From Escherichia coli (GTDB lineage: Bacteria; Pseudomonadota; Gammaproteobacteria; Enterobacterales; Enterobacteriaceae), in the NCBI RefSeq assembly GCF_024298765.1, contig NZ_CP101210.1: 64,000 bases of DNA; one strand, given 5' to 3'. The stretch's first letter is position 1. Every line of letters begins with the position of its first letter. The notes beneath the pieces were generated by a model. It saw only the letters and a list, made by a program, of their open reading frames with translations, made no database searches and was not told the origin of the DNA. Position numbers and translations under genes: made by a program. This document shows positions 59,901 to 64,000 of this stretch, piece by piece.

Positions 59901-60213
59901 GGCCGATTTAGGTATTGATATTGAAGAAAAAGCGTTTTTCGACATTCTTGCTCATATGCGCGATAAATATCAGTTCACCTATGACGATGAAAAAATGCTG
60001 TCACTGGCAAAAGAGATGAAAAGCGTGGTTGACAACACATCGAAATATCCTGACTGGAGTAAACGCGATGATATTAAAGCGAAACTGAAAGTTGAACTTA
60101 TTCTGCTTCTACACAAGCATAAGTTCCCGCCAGTAGCGAATGATGATGTTTATATGGGTGTGCTGGCACAGGCAGAGAATTTTAAAGAACATCATATGAG
60201 TGCTTTAAATTAA
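56950..60213 (+). CDS. hsdR: type I restriction enzyme R subunit HsdR
   Basis: 1087 aa from ATG 56950; nuclease motif LVVFEFK, Walker A GATGCGKS, DEAH box. Confidence 0.9.
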   Translation: MSLSFSEAKLEQAIIELLQDQGYQHLIGDNVPRSSLDQVIIEDDLRHYLAARYQPDGITEEEIQRLIKQFTTLPASDLYESNKIFCRWLANGFLFKRDDRQQKDLYIELLDTRHLPAALRQIFDAEDVPLQQAAELPPSYINPPLNRIKIVNQLQISGKDNQTRIPDGILYINGLPLVVFEFKSAVREQEASIGDAWKQLCKRYRRDIPQLFIYNALCIISDGVNNRMGNLFAPYEYFYSWRKVTGNENREQDGIPSLHSMIQGLFHPVRLLDVIKNFICFPDKAKHEVKICCRYPQYYAARKLYYSIKQARKPFGSGKGGTYFGATGCGKSYTMQFLTRLLMKSVEFASPTIVLITDRTDLDDQLSAQMCNAKNYIGDDTIVPVTSREDLRNQLAGRNSGGVFLTTIHKFTEDTELLSERSNIICISDEAHRSQVNLDQKVIVDKESGKVRKTYGFAKYLHDSLPNATYVGFTGTPIDATLDVFGEVIDSYTMTESVQDEITVRIVYEGRAAKVILDSSKLEEVEKYYEECANAGTNEWQIDESKKATATMNAVLGDEDRLKALAEDFAKHYEKRVAEGSTVKGKAMFVCASREIAWDFYRQLKAIRPAWFEVKQAPDGVVLTEQEQKELPPSEMVKMVMTRGKDDDETLYDLLGTKEYRKELDKQFKNAKSNFKIAIVVDMWLTGFDVPELDTIYIDKPLQKHNLIQTISRVNRKLEGKSKGLVVDYIGIKSQMNQALAMYSRIDATNFEDIQQSVIEVKNHLDLLGQVFYEFDSRDYFSGEPQAQLSCLNRAAEFVLRTQKVERRFMGLVKRMKAAYDVCCGSEALSQTERDYIHYYLAVRSIVFKLTKGDAPDVTQMNARVREMIAEALKADGVEEIYFLGDKKAESIDIFDEDYLARINKIKLPATKIQLLQKLLEKAISDFRKVNQLQGINFTRRFQAIIDRYNERREDDVLNGEEFDTFSQEMTDIIYDIKTEMGTWADLGIDIEEKAFFDILAHMRDKYQFTYDDEKMLSLAKEMKSVVDNTSKYPDWSKRDDIKAKLKVELILLLHKHKFPPVANDDVYMGVLAQAENFKEHHMSALN

Positions 60214-60332
60214 TTATGAAGGCCGGATACACTTTGTTATCCGGCCATTCTGAATTAACGTTAATTTCTCTTCCAGATCTTTCCAGTAACGCTTTTATTA
60301 TTTTCTATTTTTAGCTGGACTTTCCCCATATT

Positions 60333-60352
60333 TACTGATGATATGTCCAGAT
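60333..60352. promoter_or_regulatory. LexA (SOS) box upstream of symE
   Basis: TACTGatgatatgtcCAGat fits CTG-N10-CAG. Confidence 0.7.
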
Positions 60353-60354
60353 AT

Positions 60355-60435
60355 TTAGCGCGGTGCGGATGTGCGCCAACACACCCGCACCGCTAATCAC
60401 AATCCCTATTTCAAAGGAATAGTAATCATGACTGA
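60355..60435 (-). ncRNA. symR: SymR antisense sRNA region (boundaries approximate)
   Basis: known cis-antisense RNA over the symE translation start; coordinates inferred from symE position, not from mapped ends. Confidence 0.45.
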
Positions 60436-60766
60436 CACGCATTCTATTGCACAACCGTTCGAAGCAGAAGTCTCTCCGGCAAATAACCGTCAATTAACCG
60501 TGAGTTATGCGAGTCGCTACCCGGATTACAGCCGTATTCCCGCCATCACCCTGAAAGGTCAGTGGCTGGAAACCGCCGGTTTTGCCACCGGCACGGCGGT
60601 AGATGTCAAAGTGATAGAAGGCTGTATTGTCCTCACCGCCCAACCACCCGCCGCCGAAGAGAGCGAACTGATGCAGTCACTGCGCCAGGTGTGCAAGCTG
60701 TCGGCGCGTAAACAAAGGCAGGTGCAGGATTTTATTGGGGTGATTAGTAGCAAAACGCCACGCTAA
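60428..60766 (+). CDS. symE: SOS-induced toxin SymE (AbrB-fold, endonuclease-like)
   Basis: 112 aa from [25 protein letters not shown] Shine-Dalgarno; track ORF starts at upstream GTG. Confidence 0.9.
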   Translation: MTDTHSIAQPFEAEVSPANNRQLTVSYASRYPDYSRIPAITLKGQWLETAGFATGTAVDVKVIEGCIVLTAQPPAAEESELMQSLRQVCKLSARKQRQVQDFIGVISSKTPR

Positions 60767-60807
60767 GTTTCTCTCCCCTTCCCCATACGGGAAGGGAAAT
60801 TGCCCCC

Positions 60808-60972
60808 TCACTCCACATCCTCCCTGCGTAACCCAATATCCCTCAATCGCTCATCACTCATCTGCTGTAACACCCGTCGGGCCTGCATTTGCCGCCGCCA
60901 ACGCCTCACCGCCTGCCAGAGTTGCACAAGTCTGATAAACGGCGTTTTGGCTTTGTTTTCGTGAAATTCCAT
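60808..60972 (-). CDS. yjiS: DUF1127 small protein YjiS
   Basis: hand-translated 54 aa MEFHENKAKTPFIRLVQLWQAVRRWRRQMQARRVLQQMSDERLRDIGLRREDVE, GAGGAGG Shine-Dalgarno; absent from ORF track. Confidence 0.8.
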   Translation of the reverse strand: MEFHENKAKTPFIRLVQLWQAVRRWRRQMQARRVLQQMSDERLRDIGLRREDVE

Positions 60973-61148
60973 CTGCTGCCTCCTCATCTTTCAGAGGCTT
61001 CATCATCCGCCTTCTGGCAGTTCACAATACAGATGCAAATATTAGTTTTATTTAACATACAGACAGGTTAAAACAACATCTGCATCCGGTTTTTTAGCCT
61101 CATCTGTACCGGTTTTTCTCTCTGTATGGTCCAAATAAGGAATACAGC

Positions 61149-62561
61149 ATGACGCGTTATCAACATCTGGCGACTCTGCTTGCCGAGCGGATTGAGCAAG
61201 GGCTGTATCGTCACGGGGAGAAATTGCCGTCGGTGCGCAGCTTAAGTCAGGAGCACGGCGTCAGTATTAGCACCGTGCAGCAGGCGTACCAGACGCTGGA
61301 GACGATGAAGCTCATCACTCCGCAGCCGCGTTCGGGTTATTTTGTCGCACAACGTAAAGCCCAGCCGCCAGTACCGCCGATGACGCGTCCGGTGCAGCGC
61401 CCGGTAGAGATTACCCAGTGGGACCAGGTACTGGATATGCTGGTAGCGCACAGCGACAGTTCCATTGTTCCGTTAAGCAAAAGCACGCCGGATGTCGAAA
61501 CGCCCAGCCTGAAACCGCTGTGGCGGGAGCTTAGCCGGGTAGTGCAGCATAATCTGCAAACCGTTCTCGGTTATGACTTGTTAGCCGGTCAGCGAGTGTT
61601 GCGAGAGCAGGTTGCCCGCCTGATGCTCGACAGCGGCTCAGTGGTCACCGCCGATGACATCATTATCACCAGCGGCTGCCATAACTCGATGTCGCTGGCG
61701 TTAATGGCGGTATGTAAACCGGGCGATATTGTCGCAGTCGAATCCCCCTGTTATTACGGTTCAATGCAGATGCTGCGCGGTATGGGCGTGAAAGTGATTG
61801 AAATCCCAACCGATCCAGAAACTGGCATCAGCGTTGAAGCGCTGGAACTGGCGCTGGAACAGTGGCCGATTAAAGGCATCATTCTGGTGCCAAACTGTAA
61901 TAATCCGCTGGGATTTATTATGCCGGACGCGCGCAAACGGGCCGTTCTCTCTCTCGCTCAGCGTCATGATATTGTGATTTTTGAAGATGATGTCTACGGC
62001 GAACTGGCGACGGAGTATCCGCGCCCGCGGACCATTCATTCCTGGGATATCGACGGGCGAGTGCTGCTGTGCAGCTCGTTCAGTAAAAGTATTGCACCAG
62101 GCCTGCGCGTGGGTTGGGTCGCACCGGGGCGTTATCACGATAAACTGATGCATATGAAATACGCCATCAGCAGCTTTAATGTGCCGTCCACGCAAATGGC
62201 GGCGGCAACGTTTGTGCTGGAAGGTCACTATCATCGCCATATCCGGCGGATGCGGCAGATCTATCAGCGCAATTTGGCGCTTTATACCTGCTGGATACGG
62301 GAATATTTTCCCTGCGAAATCTGTATTACGCGCCCGAAAGGCGGATTTTTACTGTGGATAGAATTGCCTGAACAGGTCGATATGGTCTGCGTCGCGCGGC
62401 AGCTGTGCCGCATGAAAATCCAGGTGGCAGCAGGCTCGATTTTCTCGGCTTCCGGCAAATACCGTAATTGTCTGCGCATCAACTGCGCTTTGCCGCTCAG
62501 CGAAACCTATCGCGAAGCACTAAAGCAAATTGGCGAAGCCGTGTATCGGGCAATGGAATGA
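61149..62561 (+). CDS. yjiR: MocR-type regulator (GntR HTH fused to aminotransferase-like domain) YjiR
   Basis: 470 aa. Confidence 0.85.
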   Translation: MTRYQHLATLLAERIEQGLYRHGEKLPSVRSLSQEHGVSISTVQQAYQTLETMKLITPQPRSGYFVAQRKAQPPVPPMTRPVQRPVEITQWDQVLDMLVAHSDSSIVPLSKSTPDVETPSLKPLWRELSRVVQHNLQTVLGYDLLAGQRVLREQVARLMLDSGSVVTADDIIITSGCHNSMSLALMAVCKPGDIVAVESPCYYGSMQMLRGMGVKVIEIPTDPETGISVEALELALEQWPIKGIILVPNCNNPLGFIMPDARKRAVLSLAQRHDIVIFEDDVYGELATEYPRPRTIHSWDIDGRVLLCSSFSKSIAPGLRVGWVAPGRYHDKLMHMKYAISSFNVPSTQMAAATFVLEGHYHRHIRRMRQIYQRNLALYTCWIREYFPCEICITRPKGGFLLWIELPEQVDMVCVARQLCRMKIQVAAGSIFSASGKYRNCLRINCALPLSETYREALKQIGEAVYRAME

Positions 62562-62679
62562 ATTCGAAATAGTGGCGAGCCCCCTGATTTCCTCTCACGA
62601 ATCGCGTGTGACTCGTTTTATCTTTGCAGGGTCATCGCCACGTTCCAGCATGGCTTAGGCAAAGTGTGCTTTGTTCATA

Positions 62680-62785
62680 CCGGATGCGGCGTGAACGCCT
62701 TATCCGGCTTACAAATCGCGCAAATTCAATAGATTGCAGAGGTAATGTAGGTCTGATAAGCGTAGCACATCAGGCAGCTTTGCGT
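62680..62785. repeat. REP elements
   Basis: ccggatgcggcgtgaacgccttatccgg and ggtctgataagcgtagcacatcaggc. Confidence 0.7.
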
Positions 62786-62802
62786 TTGTCATCAGTCTCT
62801 GA

Positions 62803-63746
62803 TTAGTACTCGATCCATGGATCGCGCTTGCTTTCAGGCAAGGGTTGCTCTAATGCCTGCATTTGCTCTGCCGAAAGTCCAGTATATCGTTGTATCCATT
62901 CAGGATCCGCACCGTTCTGCAAAAGCAATCTAAGGAGGCGTTGTTCCCCTTCTTCTTTCCCCTTTTCCATCCCTAACAGCCATCCATCATTATGAATTCG
63001 CTCTGCAATCGTCATTATTCGCTCCCTTTGTTGTGGCATTCGACGGGTAAGTTCACTGATAAACTCATTAAAACGCGCTTCATCGCCAGTCAGTAAAATG
63101 TAATTTAACAGCGCAGTTATCTGGCTGTCATTAGCACACTCTGTAACCAGTAATATTACCAGTTGATCGATAAGCCCCATCAGATCGCGCTGGCGAATAT
63201 GCTTTTGGATCAACTCCAACAGGGCGACTCTGCGGTGCTGCACAATCTCGTCGTCTGGCACGACAGTGACATCCACCAGCGGGAACGCTGCGGTATAAAG
63301 CTTCCGTGCGGTGGTCGGGTCAGCAAATTCGTCCAGCCAGCACAGGGACAGGGATAAGGACTACGGCTACCGTGATAAAACAGCATCGGGATGACCAGCG
63401 GTAGCGGTCGGCGTTTATCATGCTCGATATGGCGCTGCATCACCGCCATGGAATATCGCATCAGGCGAAAGGCCATATGGATATCCTCGCGGCTCTGATG
63501 TTCAATCACTACGTAAATATAACCATCACCTTCACGGGTCTTTACCGACCACAGAATATCGGAGTGTAGCGCCCGCAATTTTTCATCGACGAAGCTGGCG
63601 GATTCCAGTTTTAAGCTGTCGAGATCGCACAGTTCACGTAAATCTTTGGGTAAGTGGATCTCCATAAAATCCCGCGCGGTGTCAGGGTGCGTGAGAAAGG
63701 ATTTAAATAATGCGTCATGCGGCGTGCTGGTTGTGAAGTTTGTCAT
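62803..63746 (-). pseudogene. rpnD: recombination-promoting nuclease RpnD (YhgA-like), frameshifted
   Basis: ORFs 63210..63746 and 62803..63276 overlap in different frames; the first goes out of family sense after ~120 aa. Confidence 0.7.
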
Positions 63747-64000
63747 GGCGATCCGTCACCTGTAGATAAGATGGCCCGACTGTAGCGACTAACAAAACCA
63801 TTCTCACCCGGCAATTTCTCGTTCCCCGAGGCGCTTTCCAGGCTATTTTTGTTCCTCTGCAAACGATACATTTTTCCGGAAACAGGCTCGCGTTTTACAT
63901 TTCCTGTACCCGGCAGATATTCCCCTTTCCACCGCACTCTTTTGATTAACCGCAAATTTTAATTACACTTAAGGTGTATATTTTCTATGCAACCCATCAA

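Noticed and set aside
60371-60427. Upstream GTG extension of symE (131-aa ORF)
   Set aside because: The ATG at 60428 has an AGGAA Shine-Dalgarno and gives the expected SymE N-terminus MTDTH; the extension would run through the LexA/SymR region
60889-61071. 60-aa plus-strand ORF between symE and yjiR
   Set aside because: Antisense to the hand-identified yjiS, which has a strong Shine-Dalgarno and a recognisable DUF1127 sequence
63743-63955. 70-aa minus-strand ORF upstream of rpnD
   Set aside because: No Shine-Dalgarno or domain signal; lies in a probable promoter region and the window ends before context can be judged

Overview
This window is an Escherichia coli-type chromosomal segment, presented in reverse orientation relative to the K-12 map as I recall it. 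It runs from rob through gpmB, yjjX, trpR, slt, ettA, nadR, radA, serB, lplA, the deoDBAC operon, yjjI/yjjW, osmY, prfC, rimI, holD, rsmC, three tRNA-Leu genes, fhuF, bglJ/yjjQ, dnaT/dnaC, opgB, the lgo genes and tsr, to btsT, yjiX, yjiA, an hsd restriction locus, symE, yjiS, yjiR and rpnD. Most genes are conserved housekeeping genes, identified by recalled identity to K-12 proteins; nothing here was checked against a database. Against that backbone, several strain-variable insertions stand out: (1) a 5-gene islet between tsr and btsT (RpiR regulator, Na+/solute symporter, RidA, D-aminoacylase, DSD1-like PLP enzyme) that looks like an uncharacterised N-acyl-D-amino-acid catabolic module; (2) a variant restriction locus with a BrnT/BrnA-like pair (toxin truncated), a 388-aa Mrr-family nuclease and a co-directional hsdM-hsdS-hsdR type I system, with no mcrBC before symE/SymR; (3) a HigB/RelE-like toxin plus HTH antitoxin pair between ettA and nadR; (4) a small HTH ORF with TGAATAGAT repeats where K-12 carries yjjJ/hipH. 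Apparent pseudogenes are lgoT (in-frame TGA) and rpnD (frameshift). No CRISPR array, integrase or transposase was seen.
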